Positions 24,215 to 37,664 of a stretch of DNA of 64,000 nt are shown here, piece by piece; the stretch's first letter is position 1, and each line of letters starts with the position of its first letter. The notes under the pieces are model-generated. The model had not been told where the DNA came from. It saw only the letters and a list, made by a program, of their open reading frames with translations, and made no database searches. Position numbers and translations under genes: made by a program. This DNA is from Eledone cirrhosa (Eukaryota). Where the stretch lies: contig OZ024741.1 of assembly GCA_964016885.1 (NCBI GenBank), positions 378,262,001 through 378,326,000 of the forward strand, read 5' to 3'.

Positions 24215-27200
24215 TTTTCGATCAGGAATGTTGGAGTCGAAAATGGCAAAATGACTAAACGACTACAAATTATTATTTCACCACCAATACCACCACCACT
24301 ACCACGAGGAAAACTCTGGTCAAATCGACTCAAATTTATACCCCAACTACAACACCATCACTACAGTAATGCGACCACATTACCACCACCACTGCCTCAG
24401 TATCGCTACCGCCGCTATTCTCTCCCACTACCTCCTACTAGTTGCTGCTAGCACAGCACCACCACCACATTGTAGAATTCCTACTAAAAGAAGACACCAT
24501 CACTACAGTAATACGACCACATCACCACCACCACTACCTCAGTATTGCTACCGCCGCTATTCTCTCCAACTGCCTCCTGCTAGTTGCTGCTAGCACAGCA
24601 CCGCCACGACATTGTAGAATTCCTACTAAAAAAGAGGAAGGCATAACAAAATATAGATAGACTCAAAAGAAAAAACAAAAATCAAAATCAAAGCAGCACA
24701 GCAACAACAACAAAAAAAACGTAAAGAAAATAAGAATGAAGAGAGAAACAAACGGACGGACAGAGAAAGGAAGGGAAAACTAAGTCAGACATTCGAACAC
24801 TACATTACAATGAAACTTATGCTTATTCATTTTTGGGATTTTTTCTGCCTGTTTGTTTGTTTGTTTATTTTTGTTCGTCTACAGCGTGATAATGCCACAC
24901 AAGAGCCACGTGGAGTGACGCAACCACCGGAGACGGTGAATCTACCGGTGGTTATGTAACCATACAATCTCCAATCCTCGATAAGAGTGTTTAAATATCG
25001 AATCTAAACAATTCGAATAACGGTGAAATGGAGGCTAGAACGTCATGTGGAAGACTCTCACCCAAGAGGTGCTCCTTAGCTAAGCAGCAGGGACCTGGCT
25101 GTCAACCAAATACTGCTGGTGTCGGAGGAAGAAGAAGAAGGAAAGGGACCAGAACCAACTGGACGAAAGAATTGAATAGAACTGTTATGCAATGTTACCT
25201 GAAAAGTAACCCCAAGGAGAGGGGCTATAGGAAACGGATGCATAACATATGGAACGAGATTGGTCTATTTAAATTAGATGAAGAAAAATTGGCCGGGCAG
25301 GCTCGGGTAATAAGAACTAATGGGTGGATAAGCGATCTGGAACTGGAGGAACTGAGCAGAGAGATTAGCTTGGAGATGGAGGGTGGAGTATGCCAGGCAA
25401 ACAAGCCAGTGGGAAATGAAGGTGATGAGGTCGAGAGAACGGAGGAACCACCCGAAGCAGACAATGATCTGAATACTGAGATAAATAATACCTGGAACAG
25501 AGATACGGCCACTGAGGAGATGAATGCTGACGAGCTAGGAGAAGATTTGGTTGATATCTTAAATTTAGTGGTAGATGAATTGAACAATGATAGTGGGAGA
25601 CCTATGAACCTAAGATTTGTAGACAGGAAAAAGTTAAAAAAACCAACAGCTAAGGTAAACAAAGTCATCCCATACCTTGAGGCGAGGAGCCTTCACCAGT
25701 GCACAAATATCCTCAAAGCAACAGCAAATACGGTGAGGAAACTACTTGGTATAAAAGCGAGAGGAAACAACAGACAAGGAAGAGCAGAGCCTTGGTGGAA
25801 GAAACGACTGAGTGGTCAAATCAGGGAAATGAGAAATGACATTGGAAAGCTTGAGTCCCTACTGAATGAGACACTAAAAAACATAGCCACTAAAAATAGA
25901 CTGGAAATAAAGTACAAAACTAGGATGAAAAAGCTAAATATTTTAATAGAGGAACTTAAGCAACGCATTGCAGCAAAGAGTGCAAAAATCAGGCGATACG
26001 AGAACAGAGTCAGTCAGTATAAACAGAACCGCATGTTCGACAACAACCAGAAGATGCTGTTTGGACAGCTTGAAGGGAAAGAAAGAGGCAAATACTTGAT
26101 CCCTGAGGCGGAACAAACTAAAACATTCTGGAGAGGAATATGGGAGCAGGATGTTAGCCATAATGACCAGGCAGGGTGGATTGAGACAGTAGAGAAGGAG
26201 ATCAGTGAACAGGCATACCAACATACTGATTTGAGTATCACAGTTGAAACTCTTAAGGGGCAGGCCGAAAAACTAACCAACTGGAAATCACCAGGCCCAG
26301 ATGGTGTGCAGGGATATTGGATTAAATATATAACATCCCTCCACCCGAAACTGACAACCATGTTCAATGACTGCTTGATGTCAGGTGAGGTACCAGAGTG
26401 GTTGACAAAAGGTACCACAGTTCTGATAATGAAAGACCGAATCAAGGGTAATGATGTTACCAACTATAGACCTATCACATGTCTGTCCGTAATGTGGAAA
26501 CTGTTGACGAGCATTGTGTCTGAGGAAATCTACCATCACCTCCACACAAACAACTTGTTACCGGACGAACAGAAAGGATGCCGAAAGAAGTCACGTGGTA
26601 CAAAGGACCAGTTACTTATTGATAAGATGGTAATGGGGAATTGCAGGAGGAGACACACTGTTCTTGCCATGGGATGGATAGACTACAGAAAGGCATTTGA
26701 CATGGTGCCTCATTCTTGGATCACCAAAAGCCCGGAGATCTTCAAGGTGGCAGATAACATCAGACAGTTGTTGGGCAAACGTATGAGGTCCTGGGAAACA
26801 GAGTTGACATCAACTGGAGAATCCTTGGGAAGCGTCAATATCAAGAGAGGTATCTTCCAGGGAGATAGCCTGTCCCCTCTGTTGTTTGTCCTTGCCCTGA
26901 TGCCCCTGACCAGTGTACTGCGAAAAGTGAGAGCAGGATACAGGTTGGGGAAGGGAGGACTTACCATCAATCACCTCCTCTTCATGGACGATCTTAAGCT
27001 CTTCGGGAAGAGTGAGAAGGAGTTGGATGTGCTTGTTGACACTGTCCGTACTTTTAGCATTGATATATGTATGCAATTTGGTATTAGTAAGTGTGGAGTC
27101 ATTGTGATGAGGAGGGGTATGTTGAGCAGAAGTAACGGAATCCAGATACCAACAGGTGAGATGATAAAGGAAATTGACTCTGAGGAAGGATACAAGTATT

Positions 27201-28501
27201 TGGGCGTTCTGGAGGCTGATGGCATAAAGAACAAAAAAATGAAGGAATTGTTAAGAATTGAATACATTCGGAGAGTAAGGAGCGTATTGAAGTCACATCT
27301 GAACAGCAGAAATGCCATAAGCGCAGTAAATTCCCGAGCTGTGTCTATTATTAGGTACAGTGCGGGAATTCTGAGATGGAATGTTGCTGAACAAAAAGAA
27401 ACGGATAGGAAGACTAGAAAGCTATTGACTATCTACAACATGTTCCACAAGAGGAGTGATGTCGATAGACTCTACTTAAAGTGATTTGAGGGTGGAAGAG
27501 GCCTTACCAGCATAGAGGACTGTGTTCAGATGGAGAAAAACAACCTACACAAATACGTGACTGATAGTAAGGAGCCAATGCTCAGAACTGTACTGAAGGA
27601 GGGGACAATAGTCCAGGGGATTTCCAAGGAGGAAATAACATCAAGGAGAAAGAGCAGCCTTCAGGAAAAATCCCTTCATAGTACCTTCTTTGAGAAAACT
27701 GAATTTAGAGATCCACAGATATGGAACTGGTTGAAAAGAGGAAACCTTAAAAAGGCTACAGAAGGAATGTTAATGGCTGCGGAGGAGCAGGTCCTTAAAA
27801 CGAAGTGGTTGAAACACCATATTTACAAGGAGGAGGCAAACCCACTGTGCAGGATCTGTGGAGAGAGAGGAGACTGTGGCTCACATTGTATCCGAGTGTA
27901 AACACCTAGCCCAGACCCACTATAAGGGCTGGAGACATGATGTGATGGGCAGGGTGATCCACTGGCACCTGTGCAAAGTAAACAATTTACCACATTCTGA
28001 GAAATTGTATGAGCATAAGCCAGAGGCGGTGATAGAGAACGATCAGGTGAAGGTGCTGTGGCATTTTAGGATACAGACGGACAAGAAACTGGAACACAAT
28101 AGACCTGACCTGGTGGTTGTGGACAAAGAAAAAAGATCGTGTCTGATTGTGGATGTGGCCTGCCCATTCGACACGAGAGTGCAAGAGAAGGAGAGGGAGA
28201 AAATTAACCGATACCAGGAATTAAAGTGGGAGGTAAAAAGGATTTGGAACTGCCATGAAGTCAAAGTGATCCCGATTGTCATAGGCGCACTGGGGACTAT
28301 CTCCAAAAGTTTCCAGGGATGGTTAAAGAAAACGGCCCTCTTCACGCTTTTTGGAACGCTTGAAAAGGCATGCTTGCTGGGAACAGCAAGAACCCTCCGA
28401 TACGTCCTGAATATCTGAGGCTGCAGGTAGTGGCTTGATATTCATTCCAACAAACTTTCCAGTTAACTAACATCAATGACTGAGACTAAAGGAGTAATAA
28501 C

Positions 28502-28550
<49 letters not shown>
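24214..28550 (+). mobile_element. R4/Dong-like array copy 5 (parent B)
   Basis: The 5' 3.2 kb matches copies 2-4; the 3' part from 27448 is diverged; tail at 28495-28550. Confidence 0.92.
25028..28418 (+). pseudogene. Dong copy 5 polyprotein, disrupted
   Basis: Stop at 27482 and a GA deletion near 27865; the native C-terminus RYVLNI* is retained. Confidence 0.9.
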
Positions 28551-28551
<1 letters not shown>

Positions 28552-29520
28552 AGCTGAAATGGAAAACACAGAAAAAGCAAAGCAGGTAAAAGTAACTACA
28601 AAGAAAGAACTGCTACAGAAACTGTCTAAGAAATGGTAAGAAAAGCCTCTGTATGGAAAATACCCAGAACGAGCTAACAATCCTGATGTTGACAAAACTT
28701 TAACCCATCAGTGGTTGGCACCTCTGGACTGAAATCGGAGACTGAAGGACTGATCATATCAGCACAAGATCAGTGTCTGCCAACAAAAAATTACCAAGCC
28801 AACATAATAAAAAATGGATGCAGCCCATTATGCCGTGTATGTAAAAAACAACCAGAGACTATTGATCATATAGCTCCAACCGAATACCTAAACAAGCATG
28901 ACAGAGCTGCACAATACATACATTGGATAATGTGAAAGCATTTTGACCTGCCCTATCAAAAGAATTGGTGGGAGCATCAACCACCTCCCATACTTGAAAG
29001 AGATAAAGATCACATCTCAATCTTGTGGAACTTTAGCATCCAAACAGACCGAAAAATAGATGCAAATAGACCTGATATAATATTGAAGGACTTTAAAAAG
29101 AGGGTATGCCTGCTAATTGATATGTCCGTTCCAATAGACAAGGATGTATCTATAAAAACATTTGAAAAATTGAGCAAGTATAAGGACCTGGAGATAGAAA
29201 TTGGAAAAATGTGGAAATTGAGAACTAAAACAATACCAGTGGTTGTAGGCGCTCTAGGAATGATAACTAAGGGGTCTAATGATTACTTATCGCAAATCCC
29301 AGGAAACCCGCATATAGGAGAAATACAAAAGATAGTACTAATGGGAACTGCCCACATATTAAGGAAGATTCTGTCAATATAATTACATCACAAGTCTAGA
29401 CACCTAAAGATGCATGTGTGAGTATGTATGTTCTTTCCTGAACATGGCGGACCCTGTTGTCTCTTGAGGTCACTGGTTGTGACTTGGTGATAACTCGTAT
29501 GAACATAAAGCAAGATAAAT
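28551..29520 (+). mobile_element. Second R4/Dong-like family (D), 5'-truncated copy D1
   Basis: LKSETEGLIISAQDQ, CRVC, RPDII..LIDMSVP, LMGTAHILRKILSI*; collinear with 31565-32550. Confidence 0.88.
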
Positions 29521-32500
29521 ACACAAGACTAACATAATTCTCAAAAACATTATCATCACAAACAAACTAAACATTACTGATTTAAATCATCTCTATTATG
29601 CATCGGCTAAAGTCACCACTCACTTATGTCGAGTGAAGATGAAAAAACAATGGAATTCCCACAAAAAATCTACTTGGCAAGAGAACATCAATCGCCAAAT
29701 AAACCTTCTCCGATCTGACATAGAAATTTTAACAAACTATAAAGTAGGTGAACATGTTAAACAAACTAAACTTAGAAAATTGAAAAAAAAGTACAGTATA
29801 AAATCAATATGTGACATAGACATGCTGATAGAAATAATCAAGCAAAAAGTGTCGGCCAAAGCTGCTCGTATAAGGCGCTTTGAAAAACGATCTAGATTCT
29901 ATTAGGACAATAATATGTTCAAAAACAACCAAAGAAACTTCTACAGAAAAATTGGTAAGTCAACAATAACTGCTAAATCAATACCACCCAAGGAGGAAGT
30001 GCGAGAATTCTGGGAAAAGATCTGGGTCGAAGAAAAAGTTCATAACATACATGCCCCATGGATACACAGACAAATGAAAGATACAGCTCACCTTGAGTAA
30101 CAAACATGGGAAAATATAACAGTTGAACAGTTGCGCTTGGCTCTAAGAAAAACCAGCAAATGGAAATCCCCAGGAAAAGACAAAATACAAAACTTTTGGA
30201 TAAATGCCTTCACAGAGTCTCATGAGCTGTTAGCCCAACTTTACAATGAGATAGTTAAAGAGCCAGAAAAGATACCTTCATGGCTAGTTAACGGCATTAC
30301 ATTCCTGCTTCCGAAGAATGATGAGACAAACAATCCCCAAAATTACAGACCGATAACTTGCTTGACCACAATGTATAAAATGTTAACATCAGTCCTAACT
30401 GAATACACATATGACCACCTGATAACAAATGACCTATTTCCCATTGAGCAGAAATGGTGTAAACGAGGCTCATATGGCTGTAAGGATCAGCTTCTGGTTA
30501 ACAAAATGATACTGGAAGATTGTCATAATAGACACAAAAATCTATCGATTGCTTGCATAGATTATAGAAAATCATTTGATAGTTTGCTACACAGTTGGAT
30601 TGAAAAATGTTTAGAGATTTTCAAAGTATCCCCCGTTGTCAGGAGGTTTTTGTCATTCAGTATGAAGACATGTAAAACGACACTCCTTTTGAATAGTGAA
30701 ACAAAATCACTGGAAGCTGGAGAAGTTAAAATTAATTGTGGAATTTTTCAGGGTGACTCTTTATCACCGCTTTTATTCTGCATCGCACTTATACCATTAA
30801 GTAAAATGCTCAATGAAACAAAACATGGATATAAAGTCTATGACAAAACCATTAATCACCTGTTCTACATGGATGACCTGAAACTATTTGCAAAAAATGA
30901 TGAACAATTGCAAGGGCTATTATCCATTGTGAAGCAGTTCAGTTATGACATTAAAATGGAGTTTGGACTAGATAAATGCGCCAAAGCAACGTTCACCAGA
31001 GGAAAGCTGCTGAAGAGTTCAAACATTAATCTTGATCGGGGGAACGTGATAAGAGAACTTGATCAAGAAAAAACTTGCAAATATCTAGGTGTTTGTGAAG
31101 GAGACGGATCAAGCACTCGACAATGAGGGAAAGGATAAGGAAGAATGTTACCGCAGAGTAAGAGCAATCTTAAGAACGGAATTGAATGCAAGGAATAGGA
31201 TCGATGCCATAAACACGCTTGACATACCAGTAGTAACCTACAGTTACAATGTCATCAACTGGTCAAGCACAGAGATCCGTAGGCTCGATACAAAAATTCG
31301 AAAATTCTTAACCATGCACAGAATGCATCACCGTAAGGCAGATATAGATAGAATATATCTCCCTAGGAAAGAAGGAGGACGTGCGTTAATCCTGTTAGAC
31401 ATTGCGTTGAAAACTGCAACAATTGGATTATCTACATATCTAAGGGAATCACATGATTGTATGATCAAACTCGTTTTGAAACACGAAAGCATCAAAAGAT
31501 CATATTCCATTACAAAAGATGCACAAAGATACAGTAATGGACTACAAATTTCAGAAGTCCCATTTACTGCTGAAATGGAAAACACAGAAAAAGCAAAGCA
31601 GGTAAATGTAACTGCAAAGAAAGAACTGCTACAGAAACTGGCTAAGAAATGGCAAGATAAGCCTCGGTATGGAAAATACCCAGAGCGAGCTAACAATCCT
31701 GATGTTGACAAAACTTTAACCCATCAGTGGTTGGCATCCTCTGGACTGAAATCGGAGACTGAAGGACTGATTATATCGGCACAAGATCAGTGTCTGCCAA
31801 CAAAAAATTACCAAGCCAACATAATAAAAAATGGGTGCAGCCCATTATGCCGTGTATGCAGAAAACAACCAGAGACCATTGACCATATAATTTCAATGTG
31901 CAGTCCTATAGCTCCAACCGAATACCTAAACAGGCATGACAGAGCTGCACAATACATACATGGGATAATGTGTAAGCAATTTGACCTGCCCCATCAAAAG
32001 AATTGGTGGGAGCATCAACCACCTGCCATACTTGAAAAAGATCACATCTCAATCTTGTGGAACTTTAGTATCCAAACAGACCGAAAAATAGATGCAAACA
32101 GACCTGATATAATATTGAAAGACTTTCAAAAGAGGGTATGCCTGCTAATTGATATGTCTGTTCCAATAGACAAGAATGTATCTATAAAAACATTTGAAAA
32201 ATCGAGCAAGTATAAGGACCTGGAGATAGAAATTGGAAAAATGTGGAAATTGAGAACTAAAACAATACCAGTGGTTGTAGGCGATCTGGGAATGATACCT
32301 AAGGGGTCTAATGATTACATATCGCAAATCCCAGGAAACCCGCGTATAGGAGAAATACAAAAGATAGTACTAATGGGAACTGCCCATATACTAAGGAAGA
32401 TTCTGTCAATATAAGTACATCACAAGTCTAAACACTAAAGATGCATGTGTGAATATGTATGTTCGTTCTTGAAGATGGCGAACCTTGTTGTCTCTTGAGG

Positions 32501-32557
32501 TCACTGGTTGTGACTTGGTGATAACTCGTATGAACATAAAGCAAGATAAATGCAACT

Positions 32558-32589
<32 letters not shown>
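29521..32589 (+). mobile_element. Second R4/Dong-like family (D), 5'-truncated copy D2 with (TAA)n tail
   Basis: RT (WKSPGKD, NYRPITCL, GIFQGDSLSPLLF, FYMDDLKL), CCHC and RLE; stops and a frameshift; ORF ends at 32414; tail at 32559-32589. Confidence 0.9.
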
Positions 32590-32590
<1 letters not shown>

Positions 32591-32832
32591 TTTTCTTATT
32601 AACCACAAGGGTTTACATAAAGTAGACATTAAGGTCAGTACAGGACAATACAGGACGGTACAAATGGGCATTTCTGCGTGTAAAAAAAACAGAGGATGTA
32701 ATAAAATAACAAAGAAAAATTCCCCAATAGGTGTGAGACTTCCGAGGGACATTTGTGGAGAAAGCCCAATAAAAGACCACAGTGACCCTGACAACCAAGG
32801 CAAGTACCCTCTCCCAGTTTTCCACCTTTAAT

Positions 32833-35800
32833 TTACAGACACATACTCAGAGAAGGCCCATTCATTCGGGCCATACTTGCTTCTCTCACCCATCTTTCAA
32901 CAAAATGCTTGGAAGAGAGCACATCATTCTCTACCCTGATTTTCCTTTTCAAATGAAATTTGAAAAAGTTAATCAGGGTATCACCGAAGAGGTAAGTGCT
33001 CGTCTTCAGCCCTTTCAAACGTGTCCACCATACTATCTCTTTCGCCATGGCCACCAGACAGATAAAAACTGCCTGCCCTTCCCGGCTAAAGGAAGAGGGC
33101 GGGGCAATCTTCACGATGGACTCAGCTGATAGCTGGATCCGTCCTACACGTGACAGCAGGTGTTCGACATGAACCCACAAGTCAGCAATGCTCGGACACT
33201 GGACGAGTGCGTGCAGGACGGTTTCGTTGCCCTGTGCGCATCTCGGACATGCGAGGCTGACGGCACCTCCATGCCTGTAGAGTTTATCCCGAACTGGCAA
33301 AGGTCCCCGGTCACTGCCAGGCCAGGGATTTCTGGAAGTTGTCCATAGACCCCGGCCCGAAAGTCCTTCCGAAGAGATTGGCTAGTTGATTTTCGTCGAC
33401 GCCTAGAGTTTCTCCAAGTACGTTGTCGCTCTTTTCGCCTCCACTATTCCCCTATAGAACGCCAAGGTGGAGTTTCCACCGATCACATTGCCCGATTGGT
33501 CGAGGGCTGTGAGCGCCTGAAAACATTCCAGTCTCCAAGCGCTCCCTCTTGGTCTTCGCTTGACACAGGACTGCAGCTCTGTCAAATAGACGAGCTGGGG
33601 AAAAACGTGTCTAGCAAACGCCGACCATACGTGATCACCGTCGAGGAAGAGGTGGAGATGTCGTAGCCTGAGCGCGTGTTTGCGCATCATCAGCCACGGC
33701 ATGCCCAGCCCTCCACGTAGTGGGTGTTGACAGCAGACGGACCGCCTGACCATCGGAGCGATCCCTTCCCAAAAAAGCGAAAGAGCAAACGCTCCAGCGC
33801 AGTCAGGTGGGGCTTAGAACAAGGTACGGCGGTCAGGCGGTAGCAGATGACAGACGCGATGTACGGGTTAGCCACCTCCGCTCGACCTTTCAGGGATAGC
33901 TTCCTTTCCGCCCATTTCTGGGTGAGAGAAGCCACCCTGCTCGTCACCTCGTCCCAGTTTTTGTCCGTCTGGAGGTTCGGACCGAACCAGACCCCTAGCA
34001 ATTTAACCGGTCCGTCTGTCCAGCGTCCCACGACGCTGTTGGACGGCATGGACCTGTCTCTCTAGGTGCCGAGCTGCAGGCCCACTGACTTTTCCTGGTT
34101 GATCATTGCTCCTGTCACCGCTTCGTATTCTCTTAGTGTAGTGCCGATCGCCTCGATGTGTTTGGCGTTCGACACCACTACGGTGACATGGTCCACATAT
34201 GCTGACTGGGATCTTCCTCATGCTAGTTCCCGCAGGACGCCCCCTCAACGTCTCCAGTTTGCGCAGTAATGGCTCGAGAGTCAATACGTCCAAGAGGGAC
34301 GAGAAGGGACATCCTTGGCGGACCGAGCGCATGATGTTGAACTGTTCCGAAAGGTAACCGTTCACTCTCACCACAGAGCAGATGTCGCTGTGCCTGGTAG
34401 CGATCCAGCCTCTGAAGACGGGCCCAAAGCCAACCGCCCTCAGGACTGACGCTCCGTAACGATGGTCGACCCTATCGAAAGCTTTCGACTGATCTAAATT
34501 GATCAAGGACCCACCGGTACCAGGTTCCCTAGCTACCCTCTCTACGATGTATCGCATGAGGTGGAGGTTGTCGTGGATGGAGCTATCGGGAATGGCGCAT
34601 GTCTGCGCCTCTCCCACCAGACCACCAACGACAACCGCCTATCTCTTTGCTAGCACCTTGGCCAAAATCAAGAACTCTGCGTTTAGCAGAGTTATGGGCC
34701 TGAAATTTTCTATGTTATCCCCCTTGTTCGGATCATTTCTCAGCAGTGCCACCGCTCCTCGGCTCACACTGCTGTGAATTCTCCCGTTCTGTTGCCAGTT
34801 GCAGTAGACGTCCGTCAAGAGGCCTCCGAACAAGTCTGGCATCTGTACGTAAAGTTCACAGGGCAGACCATCCAAACCAGGAGATTTACCCCTTGTGCAG
34901 CCAGTCATTGTCTCTCGTACTTCAGCGGTTGTTATCGGCTTTTCGCAAAACTCCGCCTCAGTGGCCGAGAACCTCGGCAGTCCGTCGAGGTAGACATTAA
35001 AGTCCATCCCTCGACACGGCCCACCACTGCCCCCGAACAGCTGAGCGAAGTGTCGCTGAAAAGTTTCACACCTTTGCCCGGGATCGAGTAGCAAATCTCG
35101 TCGTGGTCCACCAAAGACTGGATCGTGGCTTTGTTGCCACGACGCGCCTCTGTCACTCGGGCCCATTGAACGGCTTTCGTCTCCTCGTGTCTGAGAGCAC
35201 GCACCCTAGCTCTGACAACGCAGTCTTCGTGCTTTGCATTGAAGAATTGGTCAAGGGCCAATTTCGCCGCAAGCACGTCGGTCGCGATGCCTTTGCTAAG
35301 CGCCTCGTCTAATTGTCTAACTAGTTCTCCCTCTGCTCTATTTTTCTCTATTGCTAAAGCCTTACTAAATCTAATGGATTCTATTCGAATCGCTCTTTTT
35401 AAAGCAAACCACCACTTGTTGTTAACGATGACCCCCGTCAACGCCCGCTTAACTAGTTCGCTAACACTAAAGAGCGGGACGTTCCAAGAATGGTCCCCAG
35501 ACGCCGGAAGACATCAGACCGCCCTGCTCCTGTCGGGGCATAGACAGCCACCAGCCTGAAAGCTTGCCCGTCTCCGCTGGTCACGTCCAACACCACCAAC
35601 TTACCCTCTGGGTCCAGGAAGATGGCCCGTATGGCGACATCCAAACCTCTCCGAAAAAGCACAGAAACTCCTCCTCCCGATCCAGGACGGCTGGGAGATG
35701 CGTACACATCGTAGCCGCCGAAGATCGGTGCGAAGGCCCGTACTTCGGAGATTCTGGTCTCGCTGATGGCCACTACATCTATGTTTAGTGACCTGAGGTC

Positions 35801-35875
35801 GTTGAGCAGGTGACCCTGCTTCCATGACGACCCCAAGCCACGCGCATTTATGCTGCCTATTCTGAGTGAGGTCAT
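32833..35875 (-). pseudogene. T2 ORF2, APE-RT-C-terminal cysteine-rich domain
   Basis: SINARGL, KSPGLDGLP, NFRPITLLN, LDQSKAFDRV, SVRQGCP and CPRC..ETVLHALVQC; frameshifts; ~350 bp of APE deleted at ~35462 relative to T1. Confidence 0.9.
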
Positions 35876-35907
35876 GTTTAATATAGTGGAAAAATGGGAA
35901 TGACCAC

Positions 35908-37664
35908 TTACCGTACTTTTCGTAGAAGAAGGACGGTTTCTCCACCCCTTTTCACTTGATCGTCTGGTGAAGGGACCGTTAAATCGTCCCTTCGGCTGGT
36001 CGTCGGTTCTTCTATGAGTATGTCCGAATATACTCTCCGGTTGAGAGTCCCTCCTAGGTCTCTTAAATCACCAACTGCGTTGGGGAATTTCATGTTAATG
36101 TTTGTGTATTTTTTCTGTGCTATTTTTAGCAGTCTTATGTTCGTTTGCGTTTTGATTGGTGCTGGTATTATGTAGTCGTGCTGTGAAATGTCTGTGTGTT
36201 CAATTATGTAAGTCATTAGTTTCTTGTTGTGTGTATTTATTGACGTGTATTTGTTTTTCTGGGGGTGGGGTGTGGTTCTGCTATTTTCCTGTCGTTGTTG
36301 CTGGGTGTGTGTGTTTTATTGCTGTGTTTGCGATGTTGGTGCCTGTGGTGGTGGTGTTGAAGGTGTTGTTGTTGTTGTTGTCGGTGGGGTTGTCGTCGGT
36401 GGTGATGGTGGTGCTAGTGTGGGTGGCGATGGTGTTGCTGGTGTTGCTGCTGTGAGTCTCTTTGCAGTAGCCTTTACCATTTTTTCATTTCTTTCCTCCC
36501 TTTTCGAAGACGACGATGCGCTGCTTCTGCGTTTGTGCCTTCTTACGACCTTTTGCCATCACTCTCCCACCTCACACGCCATGTCTGATTCTGCGAGGTC
36601 GGGGAGGGGCCCAGTTCCACTCTTTTTACTTGTTGTCGTTGGTGATGTTTGCAGTGGAGTCTCTGTTGCTGCTGCATTTGGTATTACTGTTGTTGTCGTT
36701 AATACTTCCACTGCTGCTGCTGTTCTTGATTTCCGTGGCGTGGGTATGGGTGCCACGGATTTATCGTTTCTGGTTGCCGCTTGTCCTGTTGCTGGTAGCC
36801 GTGGAGCCGGTTTCTGAAGGAGGGGGTTTTTCCCCTTTCTCAGGGTCTTCTCGTTGCAGAAGGCCCTGAGGTGAGTCTTCGATCCACAGCGAAAGCATTT
36901 CGAGCGTTTGCCCTCAACACTTATGGGCAGTTGAGTGCCGTTATCGAAGTCTATCACATCCGGCATAGCTTTGATGCACTCCTGGTTGGTTTGGATTAAC
37001 ATCTCAATGGAGCTGCCGACCCAATCTTCTCTTACGTGACCGTACAGTGCTGTTGGGTCTCGAAAACATTTTCGGCTGCCTTGCAGATTGCTCGGTGTCC
37101 GGTTTTCGTCAACATCTTCTTCGCTTCCTCTAATTCCTCATTTGTTATGAGAATGGTTTCCAGGTTCTTTGCGATACCTGCAAACGAGATTGGTTTTTCT
37201 TTGCTGTTGTTGTTGTTGTTGTTGTCGTCAGAGATGCTGTTACTTTTGTTGTTGCTGCAGGTACTACGACTACTGCCGCCGCTGCTGTTGCTGTGGTTGT
37301 TGTTGTTGTTGTTGCTGCTGCTGCTGTTATCGTTGCTGTTGCTGCTAATGCTGTTGTTGTTTATGCTGCTGCTGTTGCGGCTGCTACTGTTGTTCTCCTT
37401 GTCACTGTTGCTGCTACTGCTATTATTCATGACGTCAGACGAATGAAATGGGGTTTCGTATTTCCCGCACACCTTTTTCGCCGTTGTCGTCGTCGTCGTG
37501 GAGAAATGTTGCACGCTTTCTACGTGATTTTCCTTTACTGGCGTCGCTTGCGAAAAGAAGGGAGGGAGAGAGACACATTTAGAGAATGGAGGGAGAGAGA
37601 CAATCTTCTGTAGTGACGATTGAGGAAGAAGAAGACGGAATGAGTGGGAGTAACCTATGAACAT
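35908..37664 (-). pseudogene. T2 ORF1 with CCHC zinc knuckle and S/N-rich low-complexity N-terminus
   Basis: ISFAGIAK, EELEEAKKM (shared with T1) and CFRCGSKTHLRAFC; internal deletion at ~37033; CAA/CAG repeat at 37200-37430. Confidence 0.78.

Larger units (their letters stand above)
10085..27447 (+). repeat. Tandem amplification, 4 x ~4333 bp near-identical unit
   Basis: Equivalent positions 10084, 14417 and 27416 differ by 4333 and 17332 (4 x 4333); copies differ by a few SNPs, 1-nt indels and TAA count. Confidence 0.93.

Noticed and set aside
11161-28550. CRISPR-like or prokaryotic RT system (retron, DGR, group II intron)
   Set aside because: The units are whole eukaryotic non-LTR elements; there are no unique spacers, cas genes or operon context.
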